From: Candidatus Eiseniibacteriota bacterium
GTDB lineage: Bacteria; Eisenbacteria; RBG-16-71-46; DASYSL01
DNA length: 64,000 nt
Assembly (NCBI GenBank): GCA_050733935.1
Contig: JBOHUC010000176.1
Span: forward strand, 1,869 to 65,868
Reading direction: 5' to 3'
Below, one piece after another: positions 53,427 to 62,549 of this stretch (position 1 is its first letter; every line of letters begins with the position of its first letter). Position numbers and translations under genes: made by a program. The notes beneath the pieces are model-generated. The model was not told the origin of the DNA, did not search any database, and saw only the letters and a list, made by a program, of their open reading frames with translations.

Positions 53427-54110
<684 letters not shown>

Positions 54111-54453
54111 CTCAGACCTCCTTGGAGGATTCGTGTTCGATCGGAGGGGTTCGCGCTTGAAGTAGGCCGAGTTTATGCCTTAGGCGTCCGCGTCCGCAAC
54201 GGCTGCATGCCCCCGCGACGCCGGAAAACCGCTCCGGGCGGGTCCGGAACGCCCGCGCCCGCCTCGCGGCCGGCCTTCCTCCTCAGATTTCGCACCCCGG
54301 GCACCTTCGGCCTTGGGTCTCCGCCGTTTTCTGTGGACGCGCCGCGCATCTCCCGGTTGTGTGGATTTTGTCCGGGCCGAGGTGACGGTCAGGCCCGGGT
54401 TTCAGCGCAATGCTCGAGTGCGGATCTCTCGTACGCGGACAGGAGGACTTTCC

Positions 54454-55311
54454 ATGAGATGGAATCTTTGGCGGATCGCCCGGCGGGCCCTCGCGCTCGC
54501 CGCCTGTGCCGCGGCCCCGGGTCTGGCGCTCGCGCAGGACCAGCTCGATCCCGACACCTACAGGATCTACGGCGGGACGTACATGTCCGACTGCGCGAAG
54601 AACACCTCACCGAAACTCACGGTGTTCGAGACCGCGCTCGTGTTCCTCGATGGCAACAACCGTGTCGCGAGCACGGGAGTGTCGTCTTCGTTTTCCTACT
54701 TCGGACAGAGCGAGCCGGAAGGATTCGAAGTGGCGCTGATCGGCACCTTCCCCGGCGACCTGCAGCTCGTCGCAATCATTTTTGGCGACGCGAAGGGCGG
54801 CAAGTACATCGGGGAATTGGGCGGTGACAACAAGATCCTGGACCAGATCGCGCCGGACGCCCGGAAGCTCAAGTACCGTCGCTGCGACGCCGCGTCCGAG
54901 AAGCCTTCGACGAGCGCCTCCGCGCCGGCGGCTTCGGATACCGCGGGCGCTTCGGCGGCGGAGGAGATGGCGGGCGCTTCGGCTTTGCTCGCCGATCCCG
55001 GATTCGCCGCCTCGTACAAGAAAGCGCTAGGCAAGTATTCGAAGGAGCCGTGGCTCGCGAAGCTCGACGGACCCTCGTCCCCACCCCAGAGAGTCATGGT
55101 CGCGGGCAACCCATACACGGCCTTCAATGCCTGCAAGGACCACGACTGCCAGGCGAACAACATGGTCGGGCTCTATTCGGCGGCGAAGAAAGTCGTGTAC
55201 GGCAAGGTCGTGGTCGCGGGGAAGTCGGCGATGATCGGCAATCCGAAGCCCGATGTGGCCAGGGAGATCGGTGCTCTCTGGTTCGCGCAGTGGGGCAAGT
55301 CGGCCCAGTAG
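54454..55311 (+). CDS. secreted two-domain protein with C-terminal Ivy-like (inhibitor of vertebrate lysozyme) domain
   Basis: AGGAGG RBS and a signal peptide. The C-terminal PWLAKLDGPSSPPQRVMVAGNPYTAFNACKDHDCQANNMVGLYS parallels E. coli Ivy PAWVMKGGTYTPAQTVTLGDETYQVMSACKPHDCGSQRIAVMWS. Confidence 0.55.
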   Translation: MRWNLWRIARRALALAACAAAPGLALAQDQLDPDTYRIYGGTYMSDCAKNTSPKLTVFETALVFLDGNNRVASTGVSSSFSYFGQSEPEGFEVALIGTFPGDLQLVAIIFGDAKGGKYIGELGGDNKILDQIAPDARKLKYRRCDAASEKPSTSASAPAASDTAGASAAEEMAGASALLADPGFAASYKKALGKYSKEPWLAKLDGPSSPPQRVMVAGNPYTAFNACKDHDCQANNMVGLYSAAKKVVYGKVVVAGKSAMIGNPKPDVAREIGALWFAQWGKSAQ

Positions 55312-55332
55312 CAGGCCGGCCTGCGCGCCGAC

Positions 55333-56142
55333 TCAGATCAGGCGGAGTGTGAACACGATGGCCCAGTAGTTCACGAGGTAGGTGAACGTCAGGGTCACGA
55401 TGAGGAGGAGAAGCGACTTCGCGAGCGTCACGCGGGCCGGGTCTCGATACACGCGGGCCAGCGCGAAGGCGAGATAGACCGCCATCAGGATGACGCCGAG
55501 CCCGGCGGCGGTCGATTGCGGCAACGGAGTGACCTGGAGGAGTGCACCAGTTGCGAGCGTGATGAGATAGAGCACGGCGACGTAGTGGACGGCAAAGACC
55601 AGATGGGCGCCGAACGGAAGGCGTTTCCCCCTATACAAAAGCTGCAGCGCGAGCGCGAACGCGAGCACGCCGAGCGTGAGCGTGAGCGTGAAGACCGTCG
55701 GAACCCTCACATCGAATCGCTCGGCGAACACCGACGGCGGGAGTCCGAGCTCGTTCCTGCGAGTGTCCACGAGCTTCGCGATCTCACCTTCCGGATTCCG
55801 GGCGAGCATGGAAGCCAGGTTGAAGCCCGCCCACGGTGCGGCGAAAAAGAAGATCGCGGCGCAGAGGAAGTAGATCTTGATCGGGCTCAGGAATCGCGCG
55901 CGCCGGCCCGCAAGATACTGCTCCGTGAGCTGTCTGGGCGCGAACAGGCCTCCGAGACTGCGCACGGTCTTCGAGTTGAGCCGGAATGCCATGATCTCGT
56001 CCGCGAGCTGATCGAAGAATCGACGGACCGAGAGGTCATCCGCGCGCACGCGCTTCTGTCCACAGGCCGCACAGAATTCGCCCGCGACCGGAGCTTCGCA
56101 GTTCGGGCAGGGCGTCGCGGCGGGATGTAACTGTGCGCTCAT
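55333..56142 (-). CDS. DUF3667-family membrane protein (N-terminal zinc ribbon)
   Basis: CPNCEAPVAGEFCAACGQ, then YLAGRRARFLSPIKIYFL and several TM segments. Confidence 0.7.
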   Translation of the reverse strand: MSAQLHPAATPCPNCEAPVAGEFCAACGQKRVRADDLSVRRFFDQLADEIMAFRLNSKTVRSLGGLFAPRQLTEQYLAGRRARFLSPIKIYFLCAAIFFFAAPWAGFNLASMLARNPEGEIAKLVDTRRNELGLPPSVFAERFDVRVPTVFTLTLTLGVLAFALALQLLYRGKRLPFGAHLVFAVHYVAVLYLITLATGALLQVTPLPQSTAAGLGVILMAVYLAFALARVYRDPARVTLAKSLLLLIVTLTFTYLVNYWAIVFTLRLI

Positions 56143-56260
56143 CCGAATCCCCTCTCCTCACGGTCTTTGCGGGCTTCGGCCCGGGACGCGAACGGCGTGC
56201 TCCCGGCCCGTGCGTGCCCGTGCGATTGACAACCGCCCGCGATCGGCCGACCCTCGAAGC

Positions 56261-56455
56261 ATGATGCCAGACGGTGCGAGGAAGCCGAAGGCTTCGCGTG
56301 AGGACGCGTCTCCGGACCGCGAGGGGCCTCCCGATCGCGAAGAGATGATCGACGAGGTTCTCGAGGACACGTTCCCGGCGAGCGACCCTCCGACGTGGGA
56401 CAGCGTCGCCCGCACGCCGCCCGCCGACGAGAGCGACGACGCGCACGCTTCATGA
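56261..56455 (+). CDS. small acidic protein with FPASDPP motif
   Basis: 64-aa ORF (EEMIDEVLEDTFPASDPPTWD). Its stop overlaps the MFS gene ATG (ATGA at 56452-56455). Confidence 0.45.
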   Translation: MMPDGARKPKASREDASPDREGPPDREEMIDEVLEDTFPASDPPTWDSVARTPPADESDDAHAS

Positions 56456-58107
56456 CCGGACCGGTCCGGACGCCGTGCGACGAGCTGGCCATTCGGGCTC
56501 GTGCCGATGCCCGAGCCGGCGCCGGCCCCGCCTCCGGTCGGCCGGCGCCATCGTGGGTCCTCACCGCAGCGATCCTCGGCTCGAGCCTCGCGTTCATCGA
56601 CGGCACGGTCGTGAACGTTGCGCTCCCTTCCATCCAGCGCGAGCTGCATGCGACCGTCACCGACGTCCAGTGGGTCGTCGAGGCGTACCTCCTGTTCCTG
56701 TCCGCGCTCTTGCTCGTCGGAGGAGCCCTCGGAGACCGGTTCGGCCGGCGCCGCGTGTTCGCGATTGGTGTTCTCCTGTTCACGATCGCCTCGGCCGCCT
56801 GCGCGCTCGCGCGCGACGTGCCCCAGCTGGTCGCGGCCCGTTCGCTTCAGGGCATCGGCGCGGCCTTGCTCGTCCCGGGAAGTCTTGCGCTCATCGGCGC
56901 ATCGTTCCGTGACGCCGAGCGCGGGCGCGCGATCGGAACGTGGTCCGCGTTCAGCGCGATCACGACCGCTCTCGGACCGCTCGTGGGAGGCTGGCTGGTT
57001 GCGCACTCCTGGCGCTGGGCCTTTCTCCTCAACCTGCCGCTCGGTCTCGCGGTGCTCGCGATCCTCGCGCTACGGGTCCCCGAGAGTCGCGACGACGAGG
57101 CCGTGCGGCTCGATCTTCCCGGCACGGCGCTCGTCACGGCAGGACTCGGCGGGATCGTGTACGGCCTTCTCGAATGGGGACGTGCGGGAGCTCCGGCACC
57201 GCTGACGCTCCTCTCCCTCGCGCTCGGTGTGCTCTCGCTCCTCCTGTTCATCGCCGTCGAATCGAGGAGCGCGCATCCGATCGTTCCGCTCGCGCTCTTT
57301 CGTTCACGCACGTTCGCGGGTGCCAACCTCCTCACGCTGTTCCTGTACGGGGCGCTCGGGAGCGTTTTCTTCTTCCTGCCGCTCGATCTGATCCAGGTGC
57401 ACGGCTACTCGCCGGCCGCGGCCGGGGCGGCGATCCTGCCGTTCGTCGCCCTCCTCGGCGGACTCTCCCGCTGGTCGGGAAGCCTCGCGGAGCGCATCGG
57501 CCCGCGGATTCCGCTCGTGATCGGGCCCGCCCTCTCGGCGGTTGGATTCGCGCTCTTCGCCCGCCCGGGGACTTCGGGGAGCTACTGGACGACGTTCTTC
57601 CCCGCGGTGGTCGTGCTCGGCCTCGGCATGTCCCTCACGGTCGCTCCGCTTTCGACGACGGTGTTAGGCGCGGTGCCGGGCCACCGCGTCGGCGTCGCGT
57701 CGGGGATCAACAACGCGGTCGCGCGGATCGGTGGGTTGCTCGCCGTCGCGCTCGCGGGACTTCTCGTCACGGGAACGTTCGAGCGGGAGCTCGACGCACG
57801 CGTCCCCGAAGCGTCCGTGGGTCCGGAGATCCGCCGGACAGTGCTCGCGCGCAGCGGTCAGTTCGGCGCGCTCGAGCCTCCCGCCTCGGCGACCGGACCG
57901 GAGGCCGACGTCATTCGTGCAGCAGTTCCGGAAGCGTTCACCGAGGGCTTTCGCGCGCAGGCGTGGGCCGCGGCGCTGTGCGCGCTCCTCTCTGCGGTCG
58001 CCGCGGCCTGGCTCATCGAACCGCTCCAAAGAAAGCGACCACTCCCGAAGGCGGAAGTGGTCGCGCGCAAGGACAGCGTGCCGCAGGTCAGCGATACGAG
58101 GCCTTGA
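56452..58107 (+). CDS. MFS transporter, DHA2 (EmrB/QacA, 14-TM) drug:H+ antiporter type
   Basis: ILGSSLAFIDGTVVNVALPSIQRELHAT...WVVEAYLLFLSALLLVGGALGDRFGRRRVF, with about 14 hydrophobic segments. Confidence 0.85.
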   Translation: MTGPVRTPCDELAIRARADARAGAGPASGRPAPSWVLTAAILGSSLAFIDGTVVNVALPSIQRELHATVTDVQWVVEAYLLFLSALLLVGGALGDRFGRRRVFAIGVLLFTIASAACALARDVPQLVAARSLQGIGAALLVPGSLALIGASFRDAERGRAIGTWSAFSAITTALGPLVGGWLVAHSWRWAFLLNLPLGLAVLAILALRVPESRDDEAVRLDLPGTALVTAGLGGIVYGLLEWGRAGAPAPLTLLSLALGVLSLLLFIAVESRSAHPIVPLALFRSRTFAGANLLTLFLYGALGSVFFFLPLDLIQVHGYSPAAAGAAILPFVALLGGLSRWSGSLAERIGPRIPLVIGPALSAVGFALFARPGTSGSYWTTFFPAVVVLGLGMSLTVAPLSTTVLGAVPGHRVGVASGINNAVARIGGLLAVALAGLLVTGTFERELDARVPEASVGPEIRRTVLARSGQFGALEPPASATGPEADVIRAAVPEAFTEGFRAQAWAAALCALLSAVAAAWLIEPLQRKRPLPKAEVVARKDSVPQVSDTRP

Positions 58108-58807
58108 TCCTTCCCCACGACTCGGGCTGTGACGGAACTCCCGGGTCGAACGTGACGTCGAGCTTGAGCGTGGGCCCCGCGAACGTCGAGTTCGTGGCCC
58201 CGGCCCACGTGCCGGCGAGAGTCGCGGTCGCGGTTCCGACCACGACCCGGATCGTCGAATTGGAATTGAGCCGATTCATGAGCGCCGTAACCGTCGGAAC
58301 GACGAGCGGAAACGTGTAGGCGTTGACGTCGCCGTTGGCGGTGGGCGTGTAGGTGTGCGGTCCGCCGCCGAGCGGCAGGAGTGTCAGGTCGCCCTGCGAC
58401 ACGTCGGTCGCCGTTCCGGGATCGGCACCGTCGAACGCGAGCGGAGATGTCCCGCCCGGCTGGATGTCCGCGAGCGAAGCGCTCGTGTCGAGCGAGAAGA
58501 CGACGTCCCCCGCCGCCGAGAACGCGGCGTTGGATTGCACGAGCTCGATCGCGATCGAGTTGATGGCAATCACAGCGTCGGGCAGGACGCCGAAACTGAA
58601 ATCGGCGACGCCGTAGCTCGCGAAGGTGCCGTTCGCGCTCCCTTCGATGTTGAAGAAAGCCTTTCCGTTCACACCCGAACGCGGCCCCGCCGGCTGCACG
58701 GTGGCATTGTCGAGCGCCTCGCTCGAGAGCGGCGCCGCCTGCGCGATCGCAGAAGTGGTGGCCAGAATCACGGCGGCCATGGTGACGACACGTTGTCCAC
58801 GGGTCAT
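58088..58807 (-). CDS. secreted protein, unknown function
   Basis: ATG at 58807 and a signal peptide (VVTMAAVILATTSAIAQA). It ends in ...ESWGRIKASYR. The 3' end overlaps the MFS gene by 20 bp (convergent). Confidence 0.55.
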   Translation of the reverse strand: MTRGQRVVTMAAVILATTSAIAQAAPLSSEALDNATVQPAGPRSGVNGKAFFNIEGSANGTFASYGVADFSFGVLPDAVIAINSIAIELVQSNAAFSAAGDVVFSLDTSASLADIQPGGTSPLAFDGADPGTATDVSQGDLTLLPLGGGPHTYTPTANGDVNAYTFPLVVPTVTALMNRLNSNSTIRVVVGTATATLAGTWAGATNSTFAGPTLKLDVTFDPGVPSQPESWGRIKASYR

Positions 58808-58935
58808 CGCGAACCTCCTTCTGAATGGCAATGGGGGGATGGGTACGAGTCTGGTCGGGGGGACGGAATCATGCTCCCCTGCGTGCGGGCCCGCAAGGGG
58901 CATCCGCGCTCGAGGGCACGCGGGCGGCAACCCGT

Positions 58936-60099
58936 TCAGAGCAACCCGTCGGACGGATTGGGCGCCCCTTCGGCGAAACGCCCGGGCCGCAATGCCTCGA
59001 CGTTCAACGTGCTCGCGCGACCGTCGAGCAGGATCTCCGCGAGCAGGTGGCCGAGCGCGGGTGAGTGCATGACCCCGTGGCCGGAGGATCCGTTCGCGAG
59101 ATACAGGTTCGCGCACCCGGGCGCGGCTCCGAGGAGCGCGTGCTTGTCGGGCGACATTTCGTAGAGTCCCGCGTAGCACGCCGCCTCATCGATCACGGCT
59201 GCACGCAGCGCCGGAATGCGCCGGCACGCAAGCTCGAACACGGACGTGACCCAATCGCGCTCGACGCTCGTGTCGAACGGACGCCCGGGAACACCCGGGC
59301 TAGGCTTGAGCAGGAGCACGCGGCCGTCCCGCACGCGCAGATGGAAGCCGTCGCCGACGAAGAGCGTCATCGGCATGTCGGGCGGGAGTCCCTCGAACGG
59401 CCGGGTCACGGCGACCTGGCGGCGCACGGGAACGACCGGAAGCTCGACGCCCGCAAGAGCTGCGATCTCCGACGCCCACGCGCCTGCCGCGTTCACGACC
59501 CTTTCGACCGCGATCTCCTCACGCTGCGTGCGCAGGGTTCGAATGCGTCCGGTTCCGTCCCGCGTGAACCCCGTGACGAGGGTGTCGGATTCGAGGTGGA
59601 CGTCGCGTCGCCCGGCGGCCGCGAGATAACCGTCGAGCATCCGGCGGGGATCGAGAAAGCCGGCCTGCCGACAGAACGTAGCGCCAGAGAGGTGCGCGGG
59701 ATCGAGCGCCGGGTTTCGTCGCAGCGCTTCGTTCACCTCGAGCTCGACGACCTGGCCGGGCCCGTGGGCGTGCTCGACGTCTCGCGCATGGCGAAGCGCA
59801 TCCATCTCCGCGTCGTTCTGCGCGAGCCACAGGTAGCCAACCGGCCGGTAGAGCGGGTCGACGCCCGTCTCCTCCTCGAACGCGAGCAGCTTCTCGCGTG
59901 CGAGAACGGAGAGATTCACGTTCACGGGACTGTCGAACTGAATGCGGAAGCCGCCGGTCGCGAATCCCGTCGACCCCGTACCGGGGCGCGCAGCGCGATC
60001 GAGAAGGAGCATGTCGGTGAGACCGCGCGCCGCAAGGTGGTAGGCGACGCTCGCTCCGATCACCCCGGCGCCGACCACGGCCACCGAGGCCGTTCTCAT
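58936..60099 (-). CDS. FAD-dependent oxidoreductase (DAO / sarcosine-oxidase-beta-like)
   Basis: ATG at 60099 with an ATGA overlap to the upstream stop. Dinucleotide fold VAVVGAGVIGASVAYHLA. Confidence 0.85.
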   Translation of the reverse strand: MRTASVAVVGAGVIGASVAYHLAARGLTDMLLLDRAARPGTGSTGFATGGFRIQFDSPVNVNLSVLAREKLLAFEEETGVDPLYRPVGYLWLAQNDAEMDALRHARDVEHAHGPGQVVELEVNEALRRNPALDPAHLSGATFCRQAGFLDPRRMLDGYLAAAGRRDVHLESDTLVTGFTRDGTGRIRTLRTQREEIAVERVVNAAGAWASEIAALAGVELPVVPVRRQVAVTRPFEGLPPDMPMTLFVGDGFHLRVRDGRVLLLKPSPGVPGRPFDTSVERDWVTSVFELACRRIPALRAAVIDEAACYAGLYEMSPDKHALLGAAPGCANLYLANGSSGHGVMHSPALGHLLAEILLDGRASTLNVEALRPGRFAEGAPNPSDGLL

Positions 60100-60563
60100 G
60101 CCGTGAAGACGTGTTCGGGGTTCCTGAAGCTCTTGAACTCGAGCGCGTTCTGACTCGGATCGAGCAGGAACATCGTCGCCTGCTCCCCCGACTGTCCCGC
60201 GAAGCGAATCCGGGGCTCGATCACGAACGACACGCCGGCCTTGCGAATCCGCTCCGCGAGCTCGTGAAACCGCTCCCACGGGAGGATCGCCCCAAAGTGC
60301 GGCATCGGGACTCGCACGCCGTCGACGACTCCGGCGTCGAGCGTTTGCACGACCGGCCCGGTCGTGTGCGCCGAGATCTGGCTGCCGAAGAAGTCGAAAT
60401 CCACCCACGTGTCGGTGGATCGACCCTCCTCGCAGCCGAGGATGTCGCCGTAGAACTGGCGCGTGCTCGCGAGATCGCGCACGAAGAACGAGTAATGAAA
60501 GGGTTCAGGCTTCACGGGCAGACTCCGTTCGAGGGTGGGCGAGTCCTTCGACGACGACCGCAC
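60096..60563 (-). CDS. VOC-family (glyoxalase-like) protein
   Basis: PFHYSFFVRDLASTRQFYGDILGC...MFLLDPSQNALEFKSF. The true start is possibly the GTG at 60515. Confidence 0.75.
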   Translation of the reverse strand: MRSSSKDSPTLERSLPVKPEPFHYSFFVRDLASTRQFYGDILGCEEGRSTDTWVDFDFFGSQISAHTTGPVVQTLDAGVVDGVRVPMPHFGAILPWERFHELAERIRKAGVSFVIEPRIRFAGQSGEQATMFLLDPSQNALEFKSFRNPEHVFTA

Positions 60564-61014
60564 CCGCGCGCACGAGTGCGTCGGGCGGGAGCTTGAGCTT
60601 GATCGACCGCCCGCCGCCGCCGAGCACGATCCAGTCCGGCTCCATGACGCGCGCGTCGACGTAGAGCGGCATGCCCGAGGGCAGCGAGAACGGCGTCACG
60701 CCCCCCACCTCCATGCCCGTGAGCGCGCGCATCTCCTCGGCGGTCGCGAACGACACGCGAGGGACTTCGAGCAGCCCCCGCACGCGGCGGTTCACGTCGA
60801 GCTGCGTGGTCGCGAGCACGACGCAGGCCGCGAACTTCCGCGGCTCCTTCTTCGAGGCTACGAGAATCGTGTTCGCAGAACGCTCCGCCGGAATACCGTA
60901 CTTCTCGCAGAAGACGGCCGTGTCCGCGTACGCGGGATCGATCTCGATCACCTCGTGATCGATGCCGAGCGTGGCCAGCGTGTCGAGGACCTTCCGTTCC
61001 GGGGTCGTCGCCAT
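60505..61014 (-). CDS. YbaK/EbsC-type aminoacyl-tRNA deacylase domain protein
   Basis: The ATG at 61014 lies within a longer spurious ORF. NTILVASKKEPRKFAACVVLATTQLDVN...ATAEEMRALTGMEVGGVTPFSL. Confidence 0.8.
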   Translation of the reverse strand: MATTPERKVLDTLATLGIDHEVIEIDPAYADTAVFCEKYGIPAERSANTILVASKKEPRKFAACVVLATTQLDVNRRVRGLLEVPRVSFATAEEMRALTGMEVGGVTPFSLPSGMPLYVDARVMEPDWIVLGGGGRSIKLKLPPDALVRAGAVVVEGLAHPRTESAREA

Positions 61015-61025
61015 GCCCGGCCGGC

Positions 61026-62420
61026 TCAGCGAACGTACGTCATGCGGAGCGTGCGGTCGAACGTCCGGTTCGATTCGGTGACCACCCGGAGCCGGTAGAA
61101 GTACGTCCCGGGTCGAAGGATCGCGCCGGTGCGCGACACCGGCTTCCACGGGATCGACTGGATTCCCGCAGGAAAGCCGCCCGCGGCAATGCGCGCGATC
61201 TCCCGCCCGGCCACGTCGTAGGCACGCAGGTCGACCCGGCCCGGCTCGGGGAGCGCGAAGCGCACGTTCGTGCTCGAGCGGAACGGATTCGGGGCGTTCG
61301 CGTAGAGCGCGAATTCCGCGGGACCGGGCGTGTCGGAATCGAGCACGATCCCGTCCTGGCGAAGCGGCGGCATGGGAATCGGGATCTGGAAGAACTCCGA
61401 TCCCGCACCGATCCCGCCCTCGCACGAGTTCGGCGGTGTCGTGCAATCCGAGCGCGTGCCCTGGCACTCCGCCGCCCAGAACATGTAGCCGAGCATTCCC
61501 GGAGTCGTTCCCGCGCCGTTCGGCGCCACGTTTTGGACGAAATCCCGCGTCGCGTAGTGGATCGAGGCATTGAAGCTCGCGCACTCGGGCGTCACGTTCC
61601 GCTGCGTGAGGAACAGGCTTCCTGTGAACTTGCAGGGCGCAAGCGGCAGGATGGGCGGATTGTACTGGGGCTTCCCGTCCACGTGCTCCCGCCAGTTCGC
61701 GATCGCGCCCGAAACGCTCGGCTGCCGCGCGGGCACCATCGCGTTCGCGTAGTCGAGGATCGGATTCATGGGCACGAGCCAGTCGCGCGTCGCTTTGGTC
61801 GTGAGCTCGATGAGCCAGCGGTCCCCCGCGGCCAGATCCACCGTGAGGCGGGCCGCATGATTCGACCCGGTCACGTCGTAGGGGTGGACCGAGCGGTACG
61901 CGTCGATGAACTGCTGGAGCGCCGCAACGCTCGCCTCGGAGCTCCCTTCGTAGTCGATTTCGATGCCCACGCCGAGCCTGTGCGCGACTTCGGCGGCGTT
62001 CAACCCGAGCTGCGTCGCGTCCTGCGCGAGGGCCGCCTCCCATTCGTCCACGTACGTGATCCCGCCGATCGAGATCATGACCCGGATGCCGCGGCTCTTG
62101 AAGTAGTCGACGACCTCCTGCGTCATGCCTCGCGGGACGCCGTCCAGCGTCGCGGCGTCGGTCGTCCGGTTCAGGAGCTTGTACGGCTCGATGAAGCTCA
62201 GGATGACGATGTTGACGGAGGGCACTCCGTCGCCCCGGTCGATGATCCAGTGATTCTTCGAGTCGAACTCCTCGAGCGTTCGAGCACTGCCCCAGATGCA
62301 GTAGTCGTTCCCCGCATGCCACACGCCGTAGATCTGGATCGGAGTCGCCGTCGCGGCCGGGGCGAAGAGAACGCCGAGCAGGAGCGCAAGCGGGATGCGA
62401 ATCGCCTTGAGGGAGGGCAT
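61026..62420 (-). CDS. secreted GH18-like TIM-barrel protein with FlgD-Ig/T9SS-type C-terminal domain
   Basis: Signal peptide. VNIVILSFIEP, IRVMISIGG and GVGIEIDYEG resemble the GH18 DxxDxDxE strand. The shared C-terminal domain is at the end. The glycosidase call is tentative. Confidence 0.65.
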   Translation of the reverse strand: MPSLKAIRIPLALLLGVLFAPAATATPIQIYGVWHAGNDYCIWGSARTLEEFDSKNHWIIDRGDGVPSVNIVILSFIEPYKLLNRTTDAATLDGVPRGMTQEVVDYFKSRGIRVMISIGGITYVDEWEAALAQDATQLGLNAAEVAHRLGVGIEIDYEGSSEASVAALQQFIDAYRSVHPYDVTGSNHAARLTVDLAAGDRWLIELTTKATRDWLVPMNPILDYANAMVPARQPSVSGAIANWREHVDGKPQYNPPILPLAPCKFTGSLFLTQRNVTPECASFNASIHYATRDFVQNVAPNGAGTTPGMLGYMFWAAECQGTRSDCTTPPNSCEGGIGAGSEFFQIPIPMPPLRQDGIVLDSDTPGPAEFALYANAPNPFRSSTNVRFALPEPGRVDLRAYDVAGREIARIAAGGFPAGIQSIPWKPVSRTGAILRPGTYFYRLRVVTESNRTFDRTLRMTYVR

Positions 62421-62549
62421 GGGGAGGATTCCACGATCGAGCCAGGGCGCAGGGCGGGTGAACGTGAGCGCGTTGATTCTACACCGGGCGCCGCCCCGGA
62501 GAACAGCTCCCGGCGGCAACGGTCGCATTGGGCCGTGCCATGCTCAGGA

